Notes: a model not told the origin generated them from the letters alone. A stretch of 64,000 nt of DNA from Nitrospinota bacterium (GCA_030754595.1 JASLZZ010000056.1:19805-83804); one strand, 5' to 3'; positions 27,315 through 37,467 are shown, counted from the first letter of the stretch. Translations and numbers: made by a program.

Positions 27315-28661
27315 ATGCTGAAACCCGCTCAGGACACCCTGCCCGGTCCGGCCCCCTCTCGGGGCCCGGCCACACCTCGGGGGGCCATCCCGCAGGGGTT
27401 TCATATGATGCTCAAGCCCCGCGGGGCGATCTGCAATCTCGATTGCGGCTACTGCTACTTTCTCACTAAAGAAGCGCTCTACCCCGGAAGCGGCTTCCGG
27501 ATGAGCAGTGAATCACTCGAAACCTTCACCCGACAATATTTTGAAGCCCAAAGCGTCCCCGAGGTGGATTTCGGCTGGCAGGGCGGGGAGCCCATGCTCA
27601 TGGGCCTCGATTTTTTCCGCCTCACGGTGGAACTTCAGGAAAAATACCGCCCGGCTGGAATGACCGTCCACAACTCCCTCCAGACCAACGGAACGCTCAT
27701 CGACGAGGAATGGAGTGAATTCTTCCGGGAAAACGATTTCCTCGTCGGAATCAGCCTCGACGGCCCCCGCGCGCTTCACGACGCCTACCGCGTCGACAAA
27801 TCGGGCGCGGCGAGCTTTGATCGGGTGATGGCGGGCCTCGCGCTTTTGAAAAAAACCGGCGTCCCGTTCAACGTCCTCACCACCGTCAACGCCGCCAATG
27901 TAAATTACCCCGCCGAGGTCTACCGGTTTCTGCGCGATGAGGCCGGGGCCCGCTACATTCAGTTCATCCCCATCGTCGAGCGAGAAAACGGCACCGGCTT
28001 TCAGGAGGGTCACCATGTGACTGATCGCTCGGTTGGAGGGCGCCAGTACGGCGAGTTTCTCGCCGCCGTGTTCGACGAATGGGTCCGGCGGGATGTGGGA
28101 GAAATTTTCGTCCAGATCTTCGACGTGGCGCTGAACAGTTGGTCAGGAGAGCGGCCAGGGCTTTGCATTTTCGACGAAACCTGCGGCGGAGCCCTCGCCG
28201 CCGAGCACAACGGAGATGTCTATTCGTGCGATCACTACGTCGAACCGCGCTATCTACTGGGCAATTTAAAAAAAACGCCCCTGCTCGAAATCGTGAACTC
28301 GGACCGCCAGCGGGCGTTCGGCCTCGCCAAGCGGGAGGCCCTCCCCCGCTACTGCCGGGAGTGCGAGGTCCGCTTCGCCTGTGGCGGCGGGTGCCCGAAG
28401 GACCGATTCATCAAGACGCCCGGCGGGGAGCCCGGCCTGAATTATCTTTGCGAGGGTTTTCGGGATTTTTTTAACCACATCGACGGGCCGATGCGCTTCA
28501 TGGCGGGCGAGCTCGCGGCCCGCAGGCCGCCAGCCAACATCATCCGTAAAATCCGGCTAGAGGACGAAGCGCGCCTGGAGCGGGAATTCGCCCGCGCCGG
28601 GCGAAACGACGCCTGCCCCTGCGGAAGCGGGAAGAAATTCAAGCACTGCCACGGGGGCTGA
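27315..28661 (+). CDS. Anaerobic sulfatase-maturating radical SAM enzyme (anSME/AslB) with C-terminal SEC-C motif
   Basis: CNLDCGYC, WQGGEP, SPASM cysteines (CDH, CREC, CGGGCPK) and GRNDACPCGSGKKFKHCH; start uncertain. Confidence 0.9.
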   Translation: MLKPAQDTLPGPAPSRGPATPRGAIPQGFHMMLKPRGAICNLDCGYCYFLTKEALYPGSGFRMSSESLETFTRQYFEAQSVPEVDFGWQGGEPMLMGLDFFRLTVELQEKYRPAGMTVHNSLQTNGTLIDEEWSEFFRENDFLVGISLDGPRALHDAYRVDKSGAASFDRVMAGLALLKKTGVPFNVLTTVNAANVNYPAEVYRFLRDEAGARYIQFIPIVERENGTGFQEGHHVTDRSVGGRQYGEFLAAVFDEWVRRDVGEIFVQIFDVALNSWSGERPGLCIFDETCGGALAAEHNGDVYSCDHYVEPRYLLGNLKKTPLLEIVNSDRQRAFGLAKREALPRYCRECEVRFACGGGCPKDRFIKTPGGEPGLNYLCEGFRDFFNHIDGPMRFMAGELAARRPPANIIRKIRLEDEARLEREFARAGRNDACPCGSGKKFKHCHGG

Positions 28662-29426
28662 TTAACAGCCCGCGCTTCTTCCGCCGTCCACGATGATGTG
28701 CTGTCCGGTGAGATAATCCGAGGCCGACGAGCACAGGAACACCGCCGCCCCGGCGACATCCTCGGGCTCCCCCGCCCTTCCCGCCGGCGTGCGCGAGATG
28801 ACCCCCGCCATCTTTTCCGGATCGGCGTAGAGCCCCTCGGTCAGCGGGGTGCGGGTGAGCTGAGGGCCCAGCGCGTTCACCTGGATTCCGTGGGGGCCCC
28901 ATTCGACCGCCATCGCCCGCGACATCGCGACGATTCCGCCCTTGGCGGCGATGTAGGCCGATTGGTTGGGTACGGCGAGCTCGGCCAGGATCGAGGTGAT
29001 AAAAAGGATTTTTCCGCCCTCCCCCCGGCCGATCATCGCCCGCGCCGCCGCCTGGGCGCAGGCGTAGGCCCCCCGCACATGAACCCCGAGGAGTTCGTCC
29101 AGCTCGCCGGGCGTCGTTTCGAGGGCGGGCTTCACCACGAGGCGGCCAGCGCAGGTCACCATCGCGTCGAGACGGCCGCAATCCTCAACTGCCTTCTCCA
29201 CCAGTCCGTTCACCTCATCCGGCGAGGTGACATCGCAGGGCATGAACCGCGCATCGAGCCCTTCGTCCTTCAACAGGTCCGCCGCCGCCTCACCCCTCTC
29301 CCGCGAGCGGCTGGAGAGAATCACACGCGCCCCGGCGGCCGCCAGCGCCCGCCCGATCGTGAGCCCGATCCCGGTGGCGCCGCCCGTGACGGCGGCCACC
29401 CGGCCATCCATCGAAAACGGCGTCAT
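28662..29426 (-). CDS. SDR family oxidoreductase
   Basis: TGGATGIG, YIAAK, VNALGP, TGQHIIVDGG; start chosen at MTPF after GAGGA. Confidence 0.9.
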   Translation of the reverse strand: MTPFSMDGRVAAVTGGATGIGLTIGRALAAAGARVILSSRSRERGEAAADLLKDEGLDARFMPCDVTSPDEVNGLVEKAVEDCGRLDAMVTCAGRLVVKPALETTPGELDELLGVHVRGAYACAQAAARAMIGRGEGGKILFITSILAELAVPNQSAYIAAKGGIVAMSRAMAVEWGPHGIQVNALGPQLTRTPLTEGLYADPEKMAGVISRTPAGRAGEPEDVAGAAVFLCSSASDYLTGQHIIVDGGRSAGC

Positions 29427-29533
29427 GCCGGATTCCTCTTTCACAATTTCGGCCATCGATGGGTCTCCGCTTGTTGCCGCGACTCCGGAATTCGCCAAAC
29501 CGGCAGTTCCGAAATTTCCAGGTCCCGAGCTTT

Positions 29534-30844
29534 CTAAAGAATTTGCGATGCGTCCCACGTGTAGCGCTCGAGGCGGCTCCGGGTCTCGGGGCCAAAGCCC
29601 TCGAACATCTTCACCGTGGCCTTTTTGCTCCCCTCGACGGCGGGCTGGTCGAACGGGTTCACCTCCCGGAGGAGGCCGCCGTAGACCGCCGCCCACTGCC
29701 AGAGCGCGATGGCCGAGGCCACATCCTCGGCGCAAAGGGCGTCGAGGGTGAGAACCATGTGGGGCACTCCCCGCCGCTCCGCCTCGGCGGCGACCCCGGC
29801 GTGCTCAAGATCGAGGAATTCCCCCGCGCTCACCCCGCCGCCCAGGGTGAAATCCTCCTCGCTCGTGCGCACCCGGAGGCTCAGGCCCGCGATATTCTCC
29901 CGCCCGCCGAAGTAGCGCTGGTTGGTGTGGTGCTGGCTCTCGGGCCCCTCGGCGAAGAGCAGGGTCTGCCCGCGCCCCTCCTTGCAGTAGCTCTCGTGAA
30001 CGAGCTGAACGGCGAGCGCTCCCACACCGGAGAGCGCCCGGCGGTAGATCGGGAAAAATATCTCGGTGCGCCCGGCGAGTTCGGCCCGCCAAAGTCTGAG
30101 GGCGAGCGCCTTGGCCATGTTCTCTCCGGGCGGCGTCTCGGAGGCGAGCCGCCCATGAGCGGCCCCGAAGGCGGCATCGAGCGCACGAGGCACCTCCGCG
30201 CCGCCCAGGGCGAGGGCGAGAGGAAGCAGCGCGTTGTTCTGCCCCGCCGTGAACCGCCCGCCCACCTCGGCCGGATGGAGAAAGCTCTCGAGTCCTTTCC
30301 CGTCGATTAGGGCAGCGAGTTTGCTCGGTCCCGGGGATATCACCGCCAGGGCCGGATAGCCCGCGTTCACGAGAAGTTTCGTCTCCTGGACCACGTTTTC
30401 CGTCTCGCCCGATTTGCTCACCGGCACGAGGAGGGTGTTCGTCTGGGTGAACCGCCCCCGGGCGGAGACCAACTCGCCCAGCAGCCCGCCCGGGTCGGTC
30501 CCGTCGAGGAGGTGAAGCCCACGGACCGCGCCGCCCACAGCTCCAGAAAGCGCCTCATAAAGCGCCCAGACGTTCCTGATCGAGCCGCCGTTGCCGATGA
30601 CGACGATATGGTCTTTTTTTCTCGCCAGGGAGATTTTAGCCTCGATGCCGTCGAGATCGGGCCACTCCCTCGCGAAGACGGGGACCGGCTCGCCGCCCTG
30701 ATAGCGGGCGATGGCTTCGGCGCAGGCGCCGGGGTCGGAGAGAAGCGCCTCGCCGCGATCTCCAGTTGTGGCGGCGTCCGCGTCGCTATCGCGATCCGCT
30801 CGGGCCGCCTCGTCCCAGATTTTTGTGTAGAGATAGAGTCCCAT
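29534..30844 (-). CDS. pgi: Glucose-6-phosphate isomerase-like (divergent)
   Basis: IGNGGS, SKSGETE, VGGRF, QLVHES, NPFDQPAVEGSK. Confidence 0.75.
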   Translation of the reverse strand: MGLYLYTKIWDEAARADRDSDADAATTGDRGEALLSDPGACAEAIARYQGGEPVPVFAREWPDLDGIEAKISLARKKDHIVVIGNGGSIRNVWALYEALSGAVGGAVRGLHLLDGTDPGGLLGELVSARGRFTQTNTLLVPVSKSGETENVVQETKLLVNAGYPALAVISPGPSKLAALIDGKGLESFLHPAEVGGRFTAGQNNALLPLALALGGAEVPRALDAAFGAAHGRLASETPPGENMAKALALRLWRAELAGRTEIFFPIYRRALSGVGALAVQLVHESYCKEGRGQTLLFAEGPESQHHTNQRYFGGRENIAGLSLRVRTSEEDFTLGGGVSAGEFLDLEHAGVAAEAERRGVPHMVLTLDALCAEDVASAIALWQWAAVYGGLLREVNPFDQPAVEGSKKATVKMFEGFGPETRSRLERYTWDASQIL

Positions 30845-30850
30845 TGTAGG

Positions 30851-31207
30851 TCACTCCCCTGAGAAATCCACGATTGGCAAAACCCGCGCGACGATCTCTT
30901 TCGCCGTGGCACTCTCGCCGAGATCGAACTTGTCGCCTTTTTCTGAAACGCCGTCCATCTTCACCGGCCCCGATGTGTTTTTCGCGCGTATGTTGCCGAC
31001 CGGGCGGATTCGTACCTGATAGTCGAGGTTTTCGATGATCGCCCTTTCTTCAGGGTGCTCGAAAAAGCGAGGGGCCGCCCTTTCGGCGATGATGCCGCTG
31101 ACGCCGACACGATCGAAGTGTCCGTGCGCGTGGATGACGAGTTCGAAATCCTCGGGGCGGCGTCTCGCCGCGCCGTCCGCCGTTTGGATTTTGAGCGACA
31201 GGGTCAT
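30851..31207 (-). CDS. Hypothetical protein
   Basis: 118-aa ORF ending 6 nt before the pgi start, same strand. Confidence 0.55.
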   Translation of the reverse strand: MTLSLKIQTADGAARRRPEDFELVIHAHGHFDRVGVSGIIAERAAPRFFEHPEERAIIENLDYQVRIRPVGNIRAKNTSGPVKMDGVSEKGDKFDLGESATAKEIVARVLPIVDFSGE

Positions 31208-31655
31208 GAAAGACTCGCTGTGAAGGGAGGGGCTCCCGGCGGGCGGCCCGCAACCATATAACCCTCACAATAAAGAATTTACGCCCCCGTCTCAATCCCC
31301 TCCCGGCCGCGCCCCGAGGCCCTCGGAGCCGAGACCCGGAGCGATGAATTCCGGCGGAAACGACTGTTGAATCTTTCAACAAAAAAACCTAAACGAACAA
31401 ATCGCGGCCCGGCGCGGCGCGTATTTTCTTGGCGCCTTTCTTCAAATACAAGTCGTGTTTTCGTAAACAAAAAAACTTCGGCGATAAACCGGCAATTCAT
31501 TTTTTCATAAAAATCAAACAAAGATCATCTCTAAAAAAAATTTACTTTTCGGTTTTTACGATTCCATTCGCAACGATTTTCTCATTTCTTGCGCAAAACA
31601 TTCATTTTTAAAAAAAATTAAAAACAAAAAACTTTGCTTTTAATCAAAATAACGC

Positions 31656-31683
31656 TTGACCTAACGGATAAATTTGATAAATT
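31656..31683 (+). promoter_or_regulatory. Candidate sigma70-type promoter for the histone-like gene
   Basis: TTGACC-16 nt-TAAATT with TG extension, downstream of a long A/T-rich tract. Confidence 0.4.
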
Positions 31684-31819
31684 TCTTCATATAAATGTGT
31701 TTCATGTGATCGTATGTAAATGAAATACATTTTTCATCGTCGGCTTCAAGTTGTCGCTTGCTCCGCCGATGTAAAGCGCTTTCATCGCGCGCCTGACCGC
31801 CCGGCCGGGAGAACGTTGC

Positions 31820-32098
31820 ATGGCAACGAAGAAGAAGGCAAAGAAGAAGGCAGCCAAGAGGAAAGCTCCAAAGCGTAAGGCCACGAAGAAAAAGGCCACG
31901 AAGAAAAAGGCCACGAAGAAAAAGGCCACGAAGAAAAAAGCCAAGAAGAAGGCCAGGAAAAAAACCAAGAAAAAGGCCACGAAGAAAAAGGCCAGGAAAA
32001 AAACCAAGAAAAAGGCCACGAAGAAAAAAGCCAAGAAAAGGCCAGCCAAAAAGAAGGCCAGGAAAAAAGCCAAGAAAAAGGCGAAAAGGAAGCGGTAG
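31820..32098 (+). CDS. Histone H1-like Lys/Arg/Ala-rich nucleoid protein
   Basis: 92 aa of K/R/A/T/P with ATKKK pentapeptide (15-nt) repeats; GGAGA RBS and downstream terminator. Confidence 0.75.
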   Translation: MATKKKAKKKAAKRKAPKRKATKKKATKKKATKKKATKKKAKKKARKKTKKKATKKKARKKTKKKATKKKAKKRPAKKKARKKAKKKAKRKR

Positions 32099-32137
32099 TC
32101 CCCTTTAAACGATCTTAAGAGCAAGCGACCTGGCAAA

Positions 32138-32169
32138 GGGGCCCTGCCGAAAGGCGGGGCCTCTTTTTT
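32138..32169 (+). terminator. Rho-independent terminator
   Basis: GGGGCCCTGCC-GAAA-GGCGGGGCCTC followed by T6. Confidence 0.85.
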
Positions 32170-32395
32170 CAGCTATTCTCCTTGAAAAGAACCTCCTCCG
32201 CCCCGCCGCCCTCTCCGAGCCGTCCCCTTTCCCTGCCCTCGGGGCTGGGGTATAAATCCGTCCCGAGAGCGATAAGCCGCCCGGAGCCAAGCGGAATCAC
32301 ACATGAACCTCCCCGCCTCCAACCAAGAGGCTTCCGGCCTAGAAGCTTCCGGCCGGGGGCGTCGGCGCGGGGCATAACTAACGGGAGGATAGGGC

Positions 32396-32815
32396 ATGGA
32401 CGCGCGGACGCTGGCCTACACGGGTATTTCAATCCTGGGCTTTGGAATCTGGGGCTTCATGATGAAACTGGGCCAGGAGCGCCTGGGAGCGATTCCCCAT
32501 TTAACCGCCATGGGCGTCTTCGTCGCTCTCATTGTAATGCTCGGGCTCGCCAGCCGTACGCTTCCGGTCCCGGAATTAAGCTCCAACCTCTGGCTCCCGC
32601 TGGCCGCTGCCCTAGCCACCCTGGTGGCCATGCTGTTTCTCACCCTGGCGCTGGGCGCTTCGAGTGGAAACACCGCCGCCGTCATCGCCCTCTCGGCCGT
32701 CTATCCGGGTGTCACCGCTGTTCTGGCCGCACTGTTTTTGGGCGAGGCGTTCACCCTCGCCAAGGTGGGCGGCCTTCTCTGCGCCGCTGCCGCGGCTTTC
32801 CTCTTCGCTCGTTAA
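32396..32815 (+). CDS. Single-domain EamA family membrane protein
   Basis: About 5 TM, WGFMMK, YPGVT..LAALFLGE. Confidence 0.8.
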   Translation: MDARTLAYTGISILGFGIWGFMMKLGQERLGAIPHLTAMGVFVALIVMLGLASRTLPVPELSSNLWLPLAAALATLVAMLFLTLALGASSGNTAAVIALSAVYPGVTAVLAALFLGEAFTLAKVGGLLCAAAAAFLFAR

Positions 32816-32827
32816 GGACCCGTTCAT

Positions 32828-34984
32828 ATGGCGGCGCAACGCGGCTACCGCATCGGCATCGACACGGGCGGAACCTTCACTGACGTGGTCTGCGTGCGGT
32901 CCGACACCGGCGAAGTCTTCACCACCAAAACCCCGACCACGCCCTCGGACTACAGCGAGGGGCTTCTCGAGGGCATCCGCAAGATCATGTCCGAGGTGAA
33001 AATCAGGCCCCGGCAGATCATCGGCGTCTATCACGGAACCACCGTGGCCACGAACGCCATCCTCGAGCGGCGGTTCGAAAACCTGGGCCTGATTCTCACC
33101 CGCGGCTTCCGCCACATGCTCGAGATTGGCCGCGTGTCCCAGTTCGCCGGCGGCCGCAACGGAGGTCATTTCGCCTCCGCCCTTTTGAACCGCCCGCCCG
33201 AGGCGCTCGTCCCCCCCGAGCGGGTGTGCGAGGTCGAGGAGCGCCTCTCGGCCTCGGGCGATGTCCTTCGCCCGCTCGATAGAGAAGAAGCCGCCGAGAA
33301 GGCCAGATGGTTCCGGGACCGGGGCATCGGCTCGGTGGGCATCTGCCTCCTCCACGCCTACACCAATCCGGTCCACGAAAAAATCCTGCTTGATGCCTTC
33401 TTCCGGGAATTTCCCGAATGCTTCGTGAGCATATCGAGCGAGGTGATCCCCGAACCGGGTGAATATGAACGCGCCGTGACCACCCTTCTCGACGCTTCCA
33501 TCAAGCCGAGGATCATGGTTTATCTCGAAAAAAGCTCGGGGCGCATCGAGGAGTCCGTCGGCGAGGTCCCTTTCCTCGTCATGAAGAGCAACGGCGGGGT
33601 CTCCACCGCCCGCGAGGTGGCGAAAAAGCCGATCAGCACTGTCCTATCGGGGCCGGCGGCGGGCGCCCTCTCGGCCGCCTATCTGGGAAGCATCTCCGGC
33701 CACGAACGTCTCATTACCCTCGACGGAGGGGGGACATCGAGCGATATCGCCGTGATCGAGAGCGGCGAGGCCAAGCGCGGCACACGGCACCAGCTCGACG
33801 AGTTCACCCTCAGGCTCCCCATGATTGATGTCGTCACCACGGGAACCGGGGGGGGGTCGATCGCCTGGCAGAGCCCGGAAGGAAGGCTCCGCGTCGGCCC
33901 CCGGAGCGCGGGCGCCGACCCCGGCCCCGTTTGCTACGGCCTTGGCGGCGAGGAGCCCACCCTGACGGACGCCAATCTCGTTCTGGCGCGCAGCCCGCTC
34001 CACCTGGCCGGCGGCGAGGTCAAGCTCAACAAGGCCTACGCCATGCGCGCCATGCGCCAGCTCTCGCGCCCTTTCGGCCTCGACCCGTTCGAGATGGCTT
34101 CGGGCGTCGTCGAAATCGCCGCCTGGAACCAGGCCCACGCCATTCGCCGCGCCACCGTTCAGCGGGGAATCTCTCCCCGAGAGTTCGCCCTGATGGCCTT
34201 CGGAGGCTCGGGACCCCTCACCGCCGGCCTCGTGGCCGATCTTTTGGGGATCGGAACCGTCATCGTCCCTCCCTTCGCGGGGATGACCAGCGCCTTCGGC
34301 CTCGAGGTGGTGGACCTGGTGAACGACCACTCCGCCCCCCACTACCAAAGCGAGGAAAACCCGGACACCGAATCGCTGAGCGAGGCTTTCGGGCGGCTGG
34401 AGAGGCTGGCCGACGAAGGCCTCTCGCTCGAAGGGGTTCCCCCCCACCGGCGAATGCTCCGGCGGGCGGTGGACATCTGCTACCAGGGCGAGGCCCACGA
34501 ACTCGAGATCGATTTCCCCTCGGGCTACCTCTCTCCCCAGTCGCTGTCTACGGTGATGGAGCGGTTCCATCTTCTCTACCGCCAGAGTTTCACCCACAAC
34601 TACAAGGGGAAGCGCCCGGCCAAGATTGTGCATCTGAGAGTCACGGGGGTCGGTCTGACCGAACCGCCCAACCTTCCCCTTCTTCCGGTGGGCGACGAGA
34701 GCCCCGAGGATGCATATAAAGGCGCGCGCCTTGTCTGGTTTCCCGAAACCGGCGGTTTCATCGATACGCCCGTCTACTACCGGGAACGGTTGAAGGAGGG
34801 CAATTACATTCCGGGCCCGGCCGTGGTGGAGAGTTTCGGCAGCACCGCCGTGATCTTTCCCAAACAGGAGGCGCGGGTGGACCGCTACGGAAACCTCGTG
34901 ATGGGCTACCGCACCGAGATGGCCGAGCGCACCGAGCGGGCCGGACGCGCTACCGGACTGCACGGCGTGGGGACCCGGTACTGA
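32828..34984 (+). CDS. Hydantoinase A/5-oxoprolinase ATP-binding subunit
   Basis: GIDTGGTFTD, HGTTVATNA, SGPAAG, SAGADPGPVCY, PTLTDAN. Confidence 0.9.
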   Translation: MAAQRGYRIGIDTGGTFTDVVCVRSDTGEVFTTKTPTTPSDYSEGLLEGIRKIMSEVKIRPRQIIGVYHGTTVATNAILERRFENLGLILTRGFRHMLEIGRVSQFAGGRNGGHFASALLNRPPEALVPPERVCEVEERLSASGDVLRPLDREEAAEKARWFRDRGIGSVGICLLHAYTNPVHEKILLDAFFREFPECFVSISSEVIPEPGEYERAVTTLLDASIKPRIMVYLEKSSGRIEESVGEVPFLVMKSNGGVSTAREVAKKPISTVLSGPAAGALSAAYLGSISGHERLITLDGGGTSSDIAVIESGEAKRGTRHQLDEFTLRLPMIDVVTTGTGGGSIAWQSPEGRLRVGPRSAGADPGPVCYGLGGEEPTLTDANLVLARSPLHLAGGEVKLNKAYAMRAMRQLSRPFGLDPFEMASGVVEIAAWNQAHAIRRATVQRGISPREFALMAFGGSGPLTAGLVADLLGIGTVIVPPFAGMTSAFGLEVVDLVNDHSAPHYQSEENPDTESLSEAFGRLERLADEGLSLEGVPPHRRMLRRAVDICYQGEAHELEIDFPSGYLSPQSLSTVMERFHLLYRQSFTHNYKGKRPAKIVHLRVTGVGLTEPPNLPLLPVGDESPEDAYKGARLVWFPETGGFIDTPVYYRERLKEGNYIPGPAVVESFGSTAVIFPKQEARVDRYGNLVMGYRTEMAERTERAGRATGLHGVGTRY

Positions 34985-36729
34985 TGAACGTCAATCCCGT
35001 TGTCAGCGAAATTGTCTCGGGCGCCCTCCGCTCCCTCGAGGAGGAGGTGGAGGACCTTCTTGCCCGGATATGGCGAAGCCCCGCCCTGAGGGACGCCAGG
35101 GACTTTTCCGTCTCGCTCTACGACCGGTTCGGGAGGGCTTTGACGGGCAGGAGCCTCGGCGCGGGGCCCGGCCCCATCCTCGCCTCCTTCGGAGCCGAGG
35201 AGATGAACCCGGGCGACATCTTCCTACACAACGACCCCTACCTGCCCCCCGCCGGGCTGGGCGAGGTGGCCGAAATATGCTTGACGCGCCCTCTATATGA
35301 CGAAAACCGCCTCATCGCCTTCCTCCAGGTGCGCGGGCGCCACGACGACCTGGGAGGCGTGCGGCCGGGAGGCGGAGCGGCCGGAGCCTCCGAGAGCTAC
35401 CACGAGGGCCTTCTCATCCCGCCCGTCCGGATCGCCCTCGGCGGCGAGCGCGTACGGGACATCCAGGCGCTCCTCCTCCGGAACAGCCGCTTCCCCGATT
35501 TGCTCAGCGACGATATCGACGCCCAGGCCGGTGCGCTCCAGGTGGGCGCGCTCCGAATCCGGGAACTCCTCGAGCGCTACGGCTCCGAGCAACTGACGGC
35601 CTGTTTCGCCGACTTGCTGCGCGAGTGCGAGGTGGCATTTAAAGAAGAGCTTTTGCCGAAAATATCGGAGGAAAAGCTGGTGGTCGACGCCCGTGTGGAG
35701 ACGGACGGCTTCGGCGGCCCGCACCCCTTGAGGGTGACAATCTTCCGGGAGGGCGATCGTCTGGTCATCGACCTCGAAGGGGCCGCCCCCCAGGCCAAGG
35801 GCCCGATCAATTGCCCGCTCGAGGGCGAGGGCGCGACCTCGCTGGCCCGGCTCATCTCTCCCCTGCTCCTCTATCTGGCCGATGATCAAACGCGGGCGGC
35901 GGGAATCCTTGTGAACGACGGGGCGTGCCGCGCCATCGAGGTCCGTCTGCCGGGTCCGGGTACGATACTGACCCCCCGGTTTCCCGCGCCCACGGGCCTT
36001 CGCGCACTGACGATGGGCCGCCTGCTATCGGCCTTCGCCGAGGCGCTTTTTCTCTCGGCCAGGGGGAATATCCCGGCGGGATTCGACAACCTGCGCTCGT
36101 TTAGTCTCTGGGGCAGGAACGGCGATGAGTCCTCGTTTCTTTTCCGGGAGGCGATCGGCGCGGGAGGCGGGGCCGCTCCTCGTCTTGACGGAATTTCGGG
36201 AATCCCCCCCATCGGCGGAAGCGGCGGAATGTCCGTCGAGGTCGTCGAGGCGCGCTACCCGATCCGAATCGAATCGGCGGGGTTGGTGCCGGACTCGGGC
36301 GGCGCCGGGGAGCGCCGGGGAGGTCTCGGAACTTTCAGGGAATACCGCCTGCTCGCCAGCGGCCACGCCTCGAGCGCGGCCGAATCGGGGGGCCCCGGGC
36401 CCTTCGGCGGAAACGGCGGCGCGCCCGGCGGCGCCTACCGGATCAGCGTGGCCGGAAATTCGGGGAAAACCCGGAAAATTCCCGCCGTCACGGCGGCCCA
36501 TCCTTTCGAACCTGGCGATTTGGTCCGGGTGGAGACGCCGGGCGGCGGCGGTTGGGGGGACCCCAAAAAAAGGGTCCCCGAGGCCGTTCGCATGGACGCG
36601 GTGCGCGGGCTGATATCGAGAGAAGCGGCGAGAAAAATATACGCCGTCGCGCTGGGACACTCGCCCGAGTACCCCGTGAACGAGAACGAAACCGCGAATC
36701 TGCGGGACGAGCAGCCGAAAAAAGGCTGA
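34984..36729 (+). CDS. Hydantoinase B/5-oxoprolinase subunit (divergent metal site)
   Basis: PGDIFLHNDPY, EGLLIPP, DSGGAGERRGG, TPGGGGWGDP. Confidence 0.85.
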   Translation: MNVNPVVSEIVSGALRSLEEEVEDLLARIWRSPALRDARDFSVSLYDRFGRALTGRSLGAGPGPILASFGAEEMNPGDIFLHNDPYLPPAGLGEVAEICLTRPLYDENRLIAFLQVRGRHDDLGGVRPGGGAAGASESYHEGLLIPPVRIALGGERVRDIQALLLRNSRFPDLLSDDIDAQAGALQVGALRIRELLERYGSEQLTACFADLLRECEVAFKEELLPKISEEKLVVDARVETDGFGGPHPLRVTIFREGDRLVIDLEGAAPQAKGPINCPLEGEGATSLARLISPLLLYLADDQTRAAGILVNDGACRAIEVRLPGPGTILTPRFPAPTGLRALTMGRLLSAFAEALFLSARGNIPAGFDNLRSFSLWGRNGDESSFLFREAIGAGGGAAPRLDGISGIPPIGGSGGMSVEVVEARYPIRIESAGLVPDSGGAGERRGGLGTFREYRLLASGHASSAAESGGPGPFGGNGGAPGGAYRISVAGNSGKTRKIPAVTAAHPFEPGDLVRVETPGGGGWGDPKKRVPEAVRMDAVRGLISREAARKIYAVALGHSPEYPVNENETANLRDEQPKKG

Positions 36730-36831
36730 CCGGAGCCCATTGCCGGCGCCGGCATTCCTCCATCTCTTGACGCCCCCGGGGAGAGATAGTATCCCCGTTC
36801 TCGAAGCGGACTAGCGCCGGGAGGCCTCGCG

Positions 36832-37467
36832 ATGAATTTCGGGAAATTATTGACAGCCCTCATCTCCCTTTTCATCATTGGGGGATGCGGCGCGGGGGCC
36901 GTGAGGGAGGTGCCGATCTCCCTTCGCTATCTCCCGTCGAAGGAGGCCAAATTCGCCCCCCTGGCCGGCCTGAACACGGTGGGGCTCGGCCTGATCGAGG
37001 ACGTCAGAAGAAAACGGCCCGCCGGCGCGGTGGGCGAGCGCGTCCGCTTCACCGCCGAAATCGATCGCTTTCATCCGGAAAAAGGGGTCTCCGGCGCGGT
37101 GGAGAAAATCATCCGCGGTTATTTCACCAAGCGAAGCGTACGCGTCCTCAAATCGGCCTGGAACGGCAACCCCGACAATATCTGGGGGAAAAAGGGGGAT
37201 CTGGTCCTTTCGGTCCGCGTGTTGGCGCTCTGGTTCTCGGGCAGCGATTCCGTCGCTCTCGCCCGGGCCTCGAGCACCTTCCGAATCGAGTTGAAGGTGG
37301 GCTCACCCAGGACCGGGACGGTTATCATCAAAACCATCCAGATCGATCCTTCGGCGAGAAGGAATATCTTCTGGGAGTCCCGGGACGTTGAATTATGGCT
37401 CAGCCGCTCCATCTCGGAGGCCTTCGACCGAATCCTGCCCGGCCTCGGAAGGCGGCTGGTCGGATGA
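36832..37467 (+). CDS. Putative lipoprotein (YajG-like)
   Basis: Signal peptide with IGGC lipobox; alternating beta-strand pattern. Confidence 0.6.
   Translation: MNFGKLLTALISLFIIGGCGAGAVREVPISLRYLPSKEAKFAPLAGLNTVGLGLIEDVRRKRPAGAVGERVRFTAEIDRFHPEKGVSGAVEKIIRGYFTKRSVRVLKSAWNGNPDNIWGKKGDLVLSVRVLALWFSGSDSVALARASSTFRIELKVGSPRTGTVIIKTIQIDPSARRNIFWESRDVELWLSRSISEAFDRILPGLGRRLVG

Noticed and set aside
31702..32136. 144-aa Phe-rich minus-strand ORF
   Set aside because: Antisense shadow of the Lys-rich gene, which has the RBS and terminator
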